The notes: generated from the sequence alone by a model not told the origin. A stretch of DNA of 64,000 nt from Octopus sinensis (GCF_006345805.1 NC_043001.1:43772001-43836000), one strand, 5' to 3'; positions 12,791 through 26,483 are shown, numbered from the stretch's first letter. Numbers and translations: made by a program.

Positions 12791-15404
12791 ACAACAATAG
12801 TAAACAATTATTCGTCCAGGTATATTCAAGTTGTTTTTGGTCCTAACATCAAAGTTTGACAGCAAAACAAAAATAAATACTGGGGACAATTTGATTGACT
12901 AAACTCTTCAAGACAAAGACCTAGCATGGCTGAAGTAGAATATCAAAATTAAAAATTTGAACCAATGAGAGAGAAGAGATTCAGTTGCTTAACTTAATAG
13001 ACAGAGCAGTCGAATCATACTTAACCATCTTAGATAAAATTTTTAAAAAAGGGAGGAAACATTGAACAATGTAGTCTCTGATATACACAAAGATGAGGTG
13101 GTCATAGTTGGAATGTGTCTGATCATGGGTTTACTTAGAGCTGAAATGATACCAGCTTCAGTCATTGAACTGTAGTCATGCTGAGGCACTGCCTTGAAAG
13201 GTTTTGTCAATCAAATCGATTCTAGTGCTTATTTTGAAATTTGATGCTTATTTCCATACCTCTCTTTTTGTTGAACCATTAGATTACAGACATACAAAAA
13301 TCACTGCCAGTTTTCAAGCAGTGAGGGACAAATACAAAGATATACATACACTGGGCTTCTGCACAGTTTCTGCCAACCAAATCCACTTAGTTGGCCCGGG
13401 GATTGTTGCGCAAGACACTTGCCCAAGATAGACAGACGGACAGAATATATCTAGCTTTGAATCATATCGATGCTCATTAGGATCGTTATCTCCTGGATAC
13501 TCGTTCTTGATAGATTAAAGTGAAAGAACTACATTCAAAGACTGCTATAAGAGACTTGATGTTCTTTTTTTTTTTAATCATAGGTCAGCCTTGAACCATC
13601 TGAACTGTGGTCAAAGTCGTCCGAGCAATATCATCCCTTTTTTATTATGAGACCTGGTATATCTAAGACTACATTATCTGATGGGCTTTTTTTCCCCTTC
13701 TTTTCTTCCCTGAAAACAATAGGATATGATCTGAAGGATATTTGGTCGCGTAGAGGAGCCAACTACAATTCGTACAAACGTACAATCTCTCTCTTTTTGG
13801 TGTTTTTTTTCTTCTTTCCTGTCAATGGAATTCATTCAAATTGCTATAGATAGCAATGATGTGATGCTCTCACCACGAACTGTCACGAATTTAAACTGAC
13901 CACTTGTCCTGCTCGACTTACCACTTGACATCATTCATTTTCTTATTTTTGACGTATTCGGAGAGGAGGTTTGGTGAACGAAACAATTTTGAATCGGCGT
14001 CATAAACAGCGGGTAAAGAAAGTGTGAAAAGACTTGGGAAGTCCACTGAATTGTAGTTATTTTTAGATTGTTTACGATATACACAATAAACCTTCTCAAC
14101 GAGACAGAAGGAGGGGGATGTTTTTATTTGTCTGAATGAAATACGCATTTAAATATGAATTTTATTTTCCTTTCTTTATGTAACTGTACAGAGGCTTTCA
14201 TGCCTAATTTCTGGATCTTTGGTAGTTTACTGTCGAGTTCTATGGTTTTTACTCCAGTCGCAAATTTCATTTTGCGACAAGAATATATCAATACGTATAC
14301 TTCTCCTGTTATAAGAAATGTCTTCATCCTTGCCTTTTATGTATATCAGCATCTTTCAGCGGAACCGTCGTAGTTGTCTGACATGCTTTTGTCTTGACAA
14401 CAGAGAAGTTCTATAGGTAAATAATTTAGGTTCTTCTAACACTTTTGCCATGTTCCATCAAACCAGTCGAACTGGGATGAAACAATTTTTAATTATAATT
14501 AAACAGTACAATTAAAGTTTAAATTGGTATAACATATGATTCTACTAAATTTTTGCTATGCCCTTCCTCGGAATTTCAGGGTCCACCTCACTCAACCAAA
14601 GATGCATTTACTTACATAACCAGTCAGAAATATATAAAACAAGAAAGCGGTGCACACCGTGCGGACCACCTTAATATAATGAATAAAATTACTCAAAAAA
14701 TTTAGAACATAAAGTAATCACTAGACTTACAGAATACACAAAAATATCAGATATTAGACAATCGTAATCAAGACAGCATAAATGAATACATTATTCTCGA
14801 TATGTGTGTGCGTGTGTCCATGTACACACCAGAAATCGAAAGAAAATATTTAGTGATACACAATGTAGCGGGTTGGTTTTCCTGATTAAATAAAATTTTA
14901 CCATATATAGCAATTTTTTTTCTTACTCATTTAATTAATTGATAAAAAAAAATGATTTTAGTTGAGCAAGGAGGAACTAAGGACGGATTATTTACATATG
15001 GATTAAAACCGTTCTGCGTGTGTTGAGCAATAATAGTGGGAAGAAAAAACAATATTTACATTGTTGGGCAGTCGCCTTCGATAATATCTGGGTGAACGCC
15101 TTGACTACAGCAATCATAATCACAAAGATAACAAACAAAAAGAAGTGGCAGCAGGAATAAGATTTATGACAATAATTTCTCACTGGTAGAGTAAATAAAA
15201 AGGCAACAAAGAGACTATGAAACTAGGCAAAATAGTAAGACTAAAAATCGACAGTATCAAGTTATAGTAAACATAGATACACAAGACATAGATAATGAGC
15301 CTGACGTCAGGGTGCTGAAGAATACAAACATGAGGTAAGGAATTGGTTGCTTTAACCGGCCAAACGACAGGAAGCAATAAAGAGAAATTGTGAAAAATTC
15401 TTAC

Positions 15405-15728
15405 CTCTGTAGTCATGTTAGTAAGAAAAGGCGACGATGCTTCACGCTTCTTTCGTATTTTATTATCACCAACATTATCGTTATTAAATAATGTCTCGTC
15501 TGGTGAGAGCATCGACATCGCTCGATTCTTGTCGAAATTCGGGTCCACTTTCAATATACGAGTTCTATCATCAACATTGTATAAATCTGACCCTGTTTCT
15601 GGCAGATGAATGGTCTTAGAATCTGAACCGAATCGTTTCGCCTGGACAGTAAGAAAAAGGGATAAATCCAAATAAAATAACAGGCTAAGAGGTAGCCAAG
15701 ACCACCTGTACGCAAACATGTTCGCCAT
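15405..15728 (-). CDS. First coding exon of a secreted or type I membrane pro-protein, possibly a SORL1/sortilin-family Vps10p receptor
   Basis: ATG at 15728 in good context (caacATGg). Hydrophobic signal peptide WSWLPLSLLFYLDLSLFLTVQA, propeptide, furin site RKKR, then EASSPFLTNMTTE and a strong donor GAG|GTAAGA at 15405/15404 (108 codons, phase 0). The region is CpG-retaining. The family assignment rests only on exon architecture. Confidence 0.7.
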
Positions 15729-16182
15729 GTTGATAGGCGAATCACTACTCAAGTGTTCTTACGCCAAGCAGTTTGGAGATGACAAAAAAATAGTCCGCTG
15801 TGAAGCGATTTCGACAAATTTTCCAGTAGTGTTTACAGTAATTTATTACATGTCTTAATCTCCAGGAATAATTGTTTGACTGGAATGGAAAAGGAAAAAC
15901 ATGTTTTTAATAGGGATGAGATGTAGAAATGTAATATTTCTGTGTTAACAATATTAAATGAGTTATGAGTATTTACTTTAGCGCAATAACTGCATTAACA
16001 ACATTGATATGTATGTATATGTATGTATGTATGGGTGTGTGTGTGTGTGTGCATGTATGTATGTATGGATGGATGGATGCATGTATGTATGTGTATGTGT
16101 GTGTGTGCATGTATGTATGTATGTATTACATAAATATACATTTACATATATATATATATATATATATAATACATACACACAT

Positions 16183-18240
16183 ATCATCATCATTTAACGT
16201 CCGTTTTCCATGCTGGCATGGGTTGAACGGTTTGACAGACTCTGGCAAGTCAGGACACTGTTCCAAGCACTACTCTCTGCTTTGGCATGGTTTCTACGGC
16301 CGGATGCCCTTCTTAACACTAATCACTTTACAGGGTGTACTTGGTGCCTTTTTATGTGACACCAGCAGCAGTGAGGTCACCAAGTAATTTACAAGACAAG
16401 ACCCCCCCCCCTCAACTGCGGTGGAGGAGAAGTATTGAGTGGGGTGGCTTTGTACCAGGTGATGAAAGGTTAGAGTATAAATACAGGGACAGTAAAGGTG
16501 TGTCTTACAGTAAAAGGGACCATGGCTACTTCAGTAGGAGAGAGAAAGAGGGGAGTAGGAAGAGCAGATGGTGAAGATATGACAGGATGGGTGCACTCAA
16601 GTTACAGGGAAGTGTATGTAAGTGAAGAGGAACCAAGGATTGAATAGAGTGGATTGGGTGAGTAAGTTCAGGAGACTGCAAAAAGAGAGTGGAAGGTGGA
16701 GGGAAGGGAATGTTGTGAGAAGATATGAACAGAGGGAAATGTTGTGGGGAAAAGATTCAACAGGGATACATTGTATGCAAGTAGGTTTGCAAGGGTGTGA
16801 AGAGAGAATAGGAGATAGAAGGGAGGGGAAGACAGCAAGTGGTGAACTCAGGTGGTAGTGGTGGATGGGAATACGGGTTGTCAAGGAGAAGATTGTCAGG
16901 GACAGATTTGTATGCAGTGGCATGTGGGGAGGTTTGTCAGAGACAGACTATGTACAGAGGCATGGACATAAGTGCCATGCCCCTTTATGGCCTCAATTTT
17001 ACTAGCTGAATGGGTCTTCTCAAGCACAGAAAATGCTAATCATCTCAGTCCTTTGTCATCTCCTCTGTGTTAACATCTGAAGATTATTTTTCACCACTTT
17101 GCCCCATATCTTCTTAGGTTGTCCTATTCTTCCTTCACATTTAGAAATCGGGAATACTTTATGCAGCTATCTTCATCCATACACTTCACATGACCATACC
17201 AGCACAGTCTTCTCCCTTGAACACTACATCTAATGCCTCTTATACCCCATTTTTCTCTCAACACATTTACGCTTTCGCATACATGCACACTGACATTGCA
17301 CATCCAGCACAGAATGCTAGCTTCATTTCTTAGTCCACATTTCACTATCATGTAGCAGAGCTGTTTCTTCCCAAGCATCATGCAATCTGTCTTTCACTAT
17401 GAGGGAGAGACTTTTTTGTAACCTACAATGGCAATAGCTCTCTGAACTTTGCTCAGCTGGTTCTAATTCTAGCAACTAGACTTTCAGAGCATCCTCCACC
17501 ACTGCTAATTTGGTTGTCTAGTTAACAGAAAGTATGAACTACCTCTAAGAACACTCTACCTCTTGAGCATTGGAGGAAATTTATTTCTTGTGTTTTCTTA
17601 ATGTTTATAGTTCCTGCACATCTGCAACACGCAACATTCCTATGATTCCTCTGCACCTCTTCTGTGTCAATAGCTTGCACTGGGTACATCATATGAAATT
17701 TTCACTTACATTTTCTATATATCAAGCAGGGACATTTCACTAAGGGATTAGTAGTTTGTCTGCTTTCCTGCTTACTAGTACTTTACTAAAGTAACTCTAA
17801 GGCCTTTGATTCCAGGTATTGTTTCCACACTTGAAATTTCTTTCCTAATTCTATTATAGATTTAATTATAAGAACAAGGTCATTAGCAAAGAGAAACTCT
17901 AATGAGCAACCAGTTTTAAATTTCTTTATTATAGCCTTGAGGGCCATGATGAAGAAGAAGAGCTGAGAACTAAGCCTTTATGAACTCCTGCGTGCACACT
18001 AAATTCATTGCTGACTTTTACCTTACTAACAACATCCTCAAACATGGCCTGGATGGCTCTCACCAGCCAGCCATCTACTCCAAGCTCTTGTAACAACTGC
18101 CAGATGAGGGAGCGAGGAACTCTGTGAAAGGCTTTCTCCATATCACTAAATGCCAAGTACAGCTGTATTTTAGGTTAAATACTTTTCCTGAAGTTGCATT
18201 ATTAGGAAGATAGCATCAATAGTGCTTCTTCCTGAATAAC
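16183..18240 (-). mobile_element. RTE-clade LINE remnant (RT to (GAT)n tail)
   Basis: AFSDMEKAFHRVPRSLIW..GVHKGLVLS and RRLCWYGHVKCMD. The 3' end reads catcatcatttaacgtccgttttccatgctggcatgggttg on +. Confidence 0.8.
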
Positions 18241-18600
18241 TTGAAATGGTTAATAGATCAGTTTACTTTCATAAATTTACTAGTGCAACAAGTGAGAACA
18301 ATAGATGGAGAATTTGTAGGAAATTATGGATTTGGTTTTGAATCCCGGTTTAGAAATTTGGTTGCAGTTCACTACATAACAAAAAGGACTGACAGGAACC
18401 TCTTCATTAAAGTGTCCAGTATATATAATCCTATAAGGTCGCAGATATCTGCACTGTTGAATGCTCCCTACACCATGTCAAAGGAGCCCTACTGGATCAT
18501 TTTGTTTGACCTAGGCCAAAGTTCTATTGAACAGCTGTTTTCCTAGCATGCATAATTACATCTACATCTTTATCACTAGCATCAGTAAATTCTGTAACAA
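18240..18600 (-). mobile_element. Penelope-like reverse transcriptase fragment (degenerate)
   Basis: Minus strand with frameshifts: DKDVDVIMHARK-LFN..VKQND..FDMV*GAFNSADICDLIGLYILDTL, matching the PLE RT pattern IIMHARK.LLF..FDVTMGS.DGAE.C.LVGLY.L. Confidence 0.7.
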
Positions 18601-18729
18601 TCATAAGTGCACCCCTTCTCTCCTCTCTTCATCTCACACCTACTTCCTCTTTTCACTCCTACCCACCTCTCCTCTCCTCTCTTGCCCTGACACCTACTTC
18701 CTTTCATCTCTCCTACCCATCTTCTCCTT

Positions 18730-19120
18730 TCATTGTTATCCCTCCGTCCAGACCCCACCCCTACACATCCCAAATGCACCATCCCACTCCACCCCCACAC
18801 ATCCCACTCCAACATACCCCACCCCTACGCCCACACCCTCATCCCAAACCCACACTCTACCCTCACATCCCCACACCCAACCCTCACATCTCCATACCCC
18901 AACACTGCCACACCACACCACATCATGCCACATCATGCCACACCATACCACACACCACCACATCACACCACACCACACACACTGACCACTTCCCAGCACC
19001 CACACCATCATCCACACACACACACACACACATTACAGACACACACACATGCACACGCGCACATCCACACGTCAAAGTCACCAGCCCCTATCCACATACC
19101 CTCACATACACATGCATGAG
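18730..19120. repeat. CA/CCA-rich low-complexity tract
   Basis: Degenerate (CA)n and (CCACA)n. Confidence 0.9.
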
Positions 19121-19204
19121 CACCTTCGTTTTGGGACCACCAATACTTTATTTATCTTCCTTTCCTCCTAACTCTCCTGTCAAACTACCTCTGTCCAGCC
19201 AGCT

Positions 19205-19400
19205 GCCATGATTGACCACTAGCTCCAAAAGTTTTTTTATTCTCTCTCTCTGTTTATTTCCTTGTGTTCCTTCCTATTGAAGAGTGTAGGCTCGAAACAT
19301 AAAAGACTTTCTCAATTTCATGAGCGTTAAACTAATACTCCTCTTTGTCGTTTATACACCTGTCTTCATCTTTTGTTTTTCTGTAAATTTCAACTATCTA
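19205..19400 (+). mobile_element. Possible Penelope-like terminal repeat of a second family, with a decayed hammerhead-like motif
   Basis: cttc CTATTGA a gagt-gtag-gctc GAAAC ATA aaag at 19270-19305. Confidence 0.45.
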
Positions 19401-19422
19401 TATATGTATATATATATATATC

Positions 19423-19462
<40 letters not shown>

Positions 19463-19529
19463 GTATATATATATATATCTGTGTGTATATATATATATAT
19501 ATATATCTGTGTGTGTTTATATATATACT

Positions 19530-20071
<542 letters not shown>

Positions 20072-20243
20072 CACAGGCATAGGAGTGGCTGTGTGGTAAG
20101 TATCTTGCTTACCAACCACATGGTTCCGGGTTCAGTCCCACTGTGTGGTACCTTGGCCAAGTAAATGTCTTCTACTATAACCTTGGGCCGACCAAAGCCT
20201 TGTGAGTGGATTTGGTAGACAGAAGCTGAAAGAAGGCCGTCGT

Positions 20244-20306
<63 letters not shown>

Positions 20307-20512
20307 ATATGTTTGTGTGTCTGTGTTTGTCCCCCCAACATTGCTTGACAACCGTTGCTGGTGTGTTTACGTCCCCATAACTTAGCAGTTCGGCAAAGAG
20401 GCCGATAGAATCAGTACTAGGCTTACAAAGAATAAGTCCTGGGGTCAATTTGCTCGACTAAAGGTAGTGCTCCAGCATGACCACAGTCAAATGACTGAAA
20501 CAAGTAAAAGAG
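20072..20512 (+). mobile_element. tRNA-derived SINE, full-length copy (inverted relative to 19530-19927)
   Basis: Reverse complement of the neighbouring copy. Confidence 0.85.
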
Positions 20513-20554
<42 letters not shown>

Positions 20555-21110
20555 TACACACACACGCACATATAAATGATTGTGTATTTTTTCAATGTGT
20601 ACAAATAACACAGAAAAAATAAATGAATGCAAAAAATCCACATAAGTACCCAAGATGCTATGGTCTACATATAAAGGTAGAAATTCCAGTCATCACATTC
20701 TGTTAAAATGGCTTATTGATATGTTTTGTTTCTTTTTTTCCCTGGTGAGAAGATTGCATTGTTTTACATCATTTTATTCCCTCTGGAATAATACTAATGT
20801 TTTCTTCGAAACATATGTTGGAAGTATAAAGATTTGAATAACAACTGTGTTTAAGTCCAATTCTTTATTTATCATATAAATATATATATATAGCTGGAGG
20901 CTATAGTTGAAGACACTTGCCCAAGGTGTCACACAGTGTGACTGAACCCAGACCATGTAGTTGGTAAGTAAGCTACTTACCACACAGCCACTCCTGCTTG
21001 GTATGGAGGGTCGTTTCTGTTAGATACTGAAGGGGGGAAAACAAAGCATGTCAAAAGACAAATGAACTTAGTAGAGTCAATGGTCAGCCCACAGCTGGAA
21101 GTAATATATA

Positions 21111-21377
21111 TATATATATTTAAATGGGAAAGGCCGGTTTATGGGATTACCTTAGGTTTCCCATCCATAAAGGGTTTAGTTTTATGGCGTATCATCAGAT
21201 CCCAAAAACCTGTTGGCCCATGACTCTTAAAAACATGGATGGGGAAATGCCATATTTTTAAAAGTTCGTAGGCCAACAGGTTTTTGGGATCTGACAATAC
21301 ACCACAAAGCTAAACCCTTTATGGATGGGAAAGCTAAGGTAATTCCATAAACTGTACTTCCCCATTTTTAATATATA
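21111..21377. mobile_element. Palindromic MITE (~265 bp hairpin)
   Basis: Arms include tttcccatccataaagggtttag / ctaaacccttt atggatgggaaa and tcagatcccaaaaacctgttggcc / ggccaacaggtttttgggatctga. Confidence 0.75.
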
Positions 21378-21432
21378 CTATTCTACATCTTAGAGTGTGC
21401 TTCTTCTTTCAGATTTATGATTTTTATACACA

Positions 21433-21468
<36 letters not shown>

Positions 21469-21714
21469 GAGTATGGACAGAAATATAGACATAGTTATTT
21501 ATTTGTGTGTGTGTGTGTGTACATATATATATATAGATAACTCTTAGAGTTACTGTTAACCAGTACAATCTGTCACATGCCAGCCCAACCAAGCTTGCTT
21601 GGTATGGAGGGTTGTTTCTGTTAGACACTGCAGGAGGGAAAACAGTGCCTGTCAAAAGACAAATGAACTTAGTAGAGTCAATTGCCAACCTAAAGCTGGA
21701 AGTGAGAGACCCTC

Positions 21715-22320
21715 TAGTCATTATATTTAAGAGATGAGGAATTATGTAAATTATTAACATTATTTACATTGACAGATATTTGTCCTCATCTTGTTTGTTG
21801 TTAACACGTTTCAGCCTTCATCAGATGTCTTGGGGAAATTTTGAACCTGGGTTCTATTTCCTAAGGTACTTTTCAATGTTGTTGTTATTATTATTATTAT
21901 TGAGTGAGAGAGCAGTGCATGCTATCAAAGTGACACTGGGGTAAAATATATGAAGCCCAGTATACCCATCATGACTACCCATCTGATAAGGGTACACCAG
22001 ACACATGCATCACAACCATGTGTGCAACATAGACAGTGCATGACCTTGCAGGTGGGGCCCAGTTAGAATTTTCTTCTGGTTGAGCAGTCCATCCCACACA
22101 AAAGGTCCCTGAATAAGGATTGTTTAAGGATGTTGAACGAAACACCCATGTTTCCAGAGGTGAATTGTTCAAACCCCAAAGAATCCCTATGATGCTCCCC
22201 CACTACTTCTGCTTGTGATCAAAGACGAACATATCGTCAGCCACTAAGGGACATGGTCAACTGGTTAAGGTCAAATAACTGATAAGCAAATCTGTGGTAT
22301 TGAGTACAAGCAAATCTGTG

Positions 22321-22377
<57 letters not shown>

Positions 22378-22455
22378 TCACTGCCTGGAATCGAACTCAG
22401 AATCTTGGGGGTTAGTTGCCCATGCCCTTAATCACTATGCCATATGCCCATTGGC
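21715..22455 (-). mobile_element. Fifth copy of the hammerhead/tRNA-head repeat, split by another retroposon
   Basis: Tail and hammerhead at 21715-21890 (gacat CTGATGA aggct GAAACGT gtt, stem II deleted). Head at 22370-22455. Insert at ~21900-22323. Confidence 0.7.
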
Positions 22456-22729
22456 GTCATTGTATAGACATTCCTCAAGGAGAAGAAAATCTTGAAACAA
22501 CACCCACCCACTATAAAGCTAGAGATCTTGTTTTTGCTTGTTTCTGGACTTGGTAGAGGAGAGTCTAAGCTGTGCAAGCTGTTATTGACTTTAAATTTCA
22601 GAATGGTCATTGCCGATAGCCATTAACTTTAACAGCTAGAGTAAGATAGTTTTTGTCAGTGATGGTTTTACTCGTCCATTGACAGTTGGCAGCCACCATA
22701 TATGTATGCGTGCATACATATCATCACCT

Positions 22730-22730
22730 A

Positions 22731-22766
<36 letters not shown>

Positions 22767-24830
22767 TTTTACATCCATTTTCCTATTGTTACATAGATAG
22801 GAAGGGACTTTTCAAGCACAGCATCCTGCCTCTTGTTGCATTTTTGTTATTTCCTTTATGACATTCAGCTTCCTGAGATAAACTTTTGCCTCTTCTGCCC
22901 ATGTCTTATTTAGTCTACCTCCTCCACTTATTCTTTTCGCATGAATCTCCTGCTACTTCTTCAACCCTCTCTCATCATCCATATGCATTGCTTGTCTATA
23001 CCAGCTTAACTGTGTCTCTCTTGCACACTTATGATTCTTCAAATATCCAGTTTTTCTCTTAGCTCATCTATGCCTTTTTGTTCATACACAACGACATTAC
23101 ACATCCAACAGATCATGCTGGCTTTATTTTTTTCTAGCCTGTGCATGTCATCTGTATTTTGTTTTTACATTTGGATTTTCTTTTCAAAATCTTTCTCACT
23201 CTCTACAATACAAATTTTTAGATGGTACAGGTTGTTATTGAGCCACCTAATATGACTCTCAGAAGGCTGTAATCTCGCTGGTAGTAAACCCAGATGAAAA
23301 ACATATACAAGCAAGGTTGTAACTTTAAACACGTTTATTGTGGCTGCACATATATACACAATGGAATGATAAACAAAATGGTTGGTGTGTAAGGGCCATG
23401 GTCTTCTGTATTGTGCTCCTATGTACAAACTGGCCTGTGACATAGGATAGAGCCAGTCAAGTTGCGTCTTCATAGCTTGCATGTCAATGTAGAAAAGAGG
23501 AAGAGATGAGGTCATGCGTCTGAAGCTTAATGTTGTATAACACCCTCTATATCTGTATAGCCAGCTTGTTTACCTGCTGTCAAGCGGGGTAATGTGCCTA
23601 CAAATCTGGTCATCAGCATAAAAAAGTTCTCATGGGTAACCAACCTTAAACTCCTGAAGGATTCTCTAAACAAGAGGTTGATTGAAAACCAAGCGTTAGG
23701 ATCTCTAAATTCCTTACTGAACTCATTGCCTCACTTTGATGAATGCATCTTGATACATGGATTGCATTGCCCTCACTAGATCCCCTATAAAATCCTAGTT
23801 TTCTTAGCTACTGTCTTGATACTCTATCAAAGGTCACCTCTAGATCTATAAATGCTAAGTGAAGAGTCTTACTCTCTTCTTTTGAAGTTATCTCACTATG
23901 AAGACATTATTAGTAGTACATTGGCCTGGGACCCATCCAACTTGCATATCATCAAAGTGGAGTCTCTTTCTAATCAATTAAGCTTTGTTAATTTCATAAC
24001 TTGGTCTGTCAGTTTGATGTCTCTGTGGTTGCTTCTTTCTAGAGTAATTTTTTAGCCCTTGCTGCAGTCAATGATTATGCTGCTACACCAGTCATTAGTT
24101 ATGACATCTCTCTGTATTACATATTTCACTGAGTGGGCAAATAGATTGAATTCTATTTCACAGGATAATTTCAGTATCTCAGCAACTTTACTTGATAGAC
24201 TAGCTGCTTTCTCTGATTTCTTATCCTTCAGGCTCAGGTTTCTGTTTTCCCTTTCTTTTCATAATATGTGTCATCTATAATCACACTGAACATATATCTA
24301 GCAGAAGGATGTTTTAGTTCCCATCTCTTCTTTCTCCAAACTGTTTGTCTCTCAATCTGTCTAGCTCTTATTTTGAAGTCATTAATCAGTAGATTATTAT
24401 TAGTTGGCACATTTTTCATGAGGTAAAAAACTTAGTATTTATAACCATTCATCTATCTCTTTTCTTGGAGAGAACAAAATCTATTTGGCTTGTATGTTTT
24501 CCTGATTGGAGGATGATCAAATGGCAGATGGTTTTCTGAAGTTTATGTTTAAGAGGATTAGTTAATTTGCACCATAGGATTCCAGAAGCAATGATTCCTC
24601 CTCATTTCTAGAACCAAAGCCATAACTACCATGTGCTTCATAGTAGCCACCATAGTACTATCCAACATGTCTATTGATATTACCAGCCATGATAATAATG
24701 TTACTGTCATTGGTTGTCAAGATGATACATTAGACAGTCTCATAGAAGCAGATCTTTTACTTGAGATTCTAATGAATTGGGAGAAGCATAGTGACATATT
24801 TAAAACGTTCTTCATTGAATTAGTTGTTGT
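22730..24830 (-). mobile_element. Degraded RTE-clade LINE (endonuclease to RT to tail)
   Basis: AGNINRHVG..HGSYGFGSRNEE (APE region) and EFKVGYP*ELFYADD (RT). (CAT)n on + at ~22730. Confidence 0.7.
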
Positions 24831-25560
24831 ATTCATTACCCTCATGTATATGATATTAAGGTCTTTAGTACCATGTGGATACTAAAAAACCAAAACTTTG
24901 CGAGAGGTTTTTGTAGATGGAAACTAAAAGAACCCTCTAAGATATGTGTTTGTGTGCGTGGTATGTGTGTCTTTGCGTATGTGTTTCTATCCCACTCACC
25001 ACTTGACAACCTTGTTGGTGTGTTTACATCCCCTGATAGAATAAGTAGCAAGCTTTAAAAAAAAATCAAGTACTGGGTCAATTTATTTGACTAGAAATTC
25101 TTCATCTGGGTGCTTCAGCATAGCCACAGTCTAATGGCTGAAACAAGTTCGAGAAAATTAAGTGAAATACAGGTACTTGTCCATTAGTAAAAATAATGAT
25201 TTCAAATTTTGGCACAAGGCTAGCAATTTTGTGGAAGTTGGTTAGTTGATTACATTGACTCTAGTACTCTACTGGTACTTATTTAAGTTTACCAACTCTG
25301 AAAGGATGAAAAACAAAGTCAACCTCAGTGGAATTTGAACTCTCAAAACATAAAGATAGATGAAAGGGTCTAAGAATTTTGCCCAGTGTACTAATGACTC
25401 TGCCAGCTTGTTGCCTTAACATTAGTGTAAATAATACAAGTTTAGTAATACTGTATTGTGTAAGGTACCAGTAAACCAGTCTGGGAGCCACAGGACTTTG
25501 AAGTTCCTGCTCATAAATTAGTGTGGATAACAAGAAATTCCAGACCATCAGTGTCCTGAA

Positions 25561-26483
25561 TGTTGATGTACCATTATATTGCTACGTTTTGTTAGGTAGA
25601 GGACTGTAAACGACTGTACTAGGAGAGGTGATGAGAATGGCTCCTTTAGTACACCACACAATCGATACAATAAATGCGAAAAGAATAAATGAGCATAAGT
25701 GCCAGAAGGAAAAGAGAGACACAACCGGGCAGAATGTTTAAGAGAATATTTTATTTATATATTAACATGTGTGTGCATGTGTCATATATACATAATAATA
25801 GACAGGCCGTCATGTGTGTACAAACATGGATGTATGTGTGTGCGATAAGTACAGAGCATTGAGAGAGTCTATAATAGAATGTTAGAAGAATGTTCAGACA
25901 CAAGGATGATAAATACCAGTTCGTAGTCAACGTACACAATAGGTGAAGTGCTGTAATAAGAAGTTGTGGCAGTAATGCAGAGCTGGTTGCCGGTTACTCA
26001 ATACAGGAAGTTCTCGCAGGTTGTATTTGCTGCTAACCATGGTGAAGTAATTTACAAACAGTGTTGAGATAGAACCTGTGCAAGGGTTGCTGTGTATGTA
26101 GAGAGATGTTGTTGATGATGTTAAGAAGATGGAGGCGACAGAGATGGAGGTCTTGAATGCTGCTGGACGAAGTTGTGTCTCCATGTGGCTGCTGGTGTGT
26201 TGTCACTGTAACTGGCTGTGTCCTGTGTGGTCAGTGGCTAGACCTTAAAAGGTCTGGAACCGAAAGACATCGAGACAGAGTGAAACTACAGTTTTATAGC
26301 ATGCTATTGGCTCACTGGAAGTTTGTAAGAGACTGTCTCATGTGACCTTATCAGAAGGCTTGGTTGGGTTGCATATTGGCGCGCAATAGAGCAAGAGACA
26401 AATTGCACCAATACCAACCAATCAGAGTAGTGGACATAACAGGGTCCAAAAGGGCGGCCGAAGGCTAGCTGTTATCTACAACA
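25561..26483 (-). mobile_element. Possible solo LTR with TATA/CCAAT promoter
   Basis: TGTTG..CAACA ends. Minus-strand ctataaaa at ~26291-26298 and several CCAAT boxes at 26300-26425. No TSD found. Confidence 0.3.

Noticed and set aside
1-15400. Downstream exons of the minus-strand gene (checked ~1030-1266, 1800-2100, 7400-7960, 9441-9692)
   Set aside because: No open frame with splice signals and a recognisable domain was found by eye. Small exons could have been missed.
15180-15752. 190-aa ORF as a single-exon gene
   Set aside because: The listed start is TTG and the first ATG is at 15728. The hydrophobic tail after 15405 is read-through into a T-rich intron past a strong GTAAGA donor.
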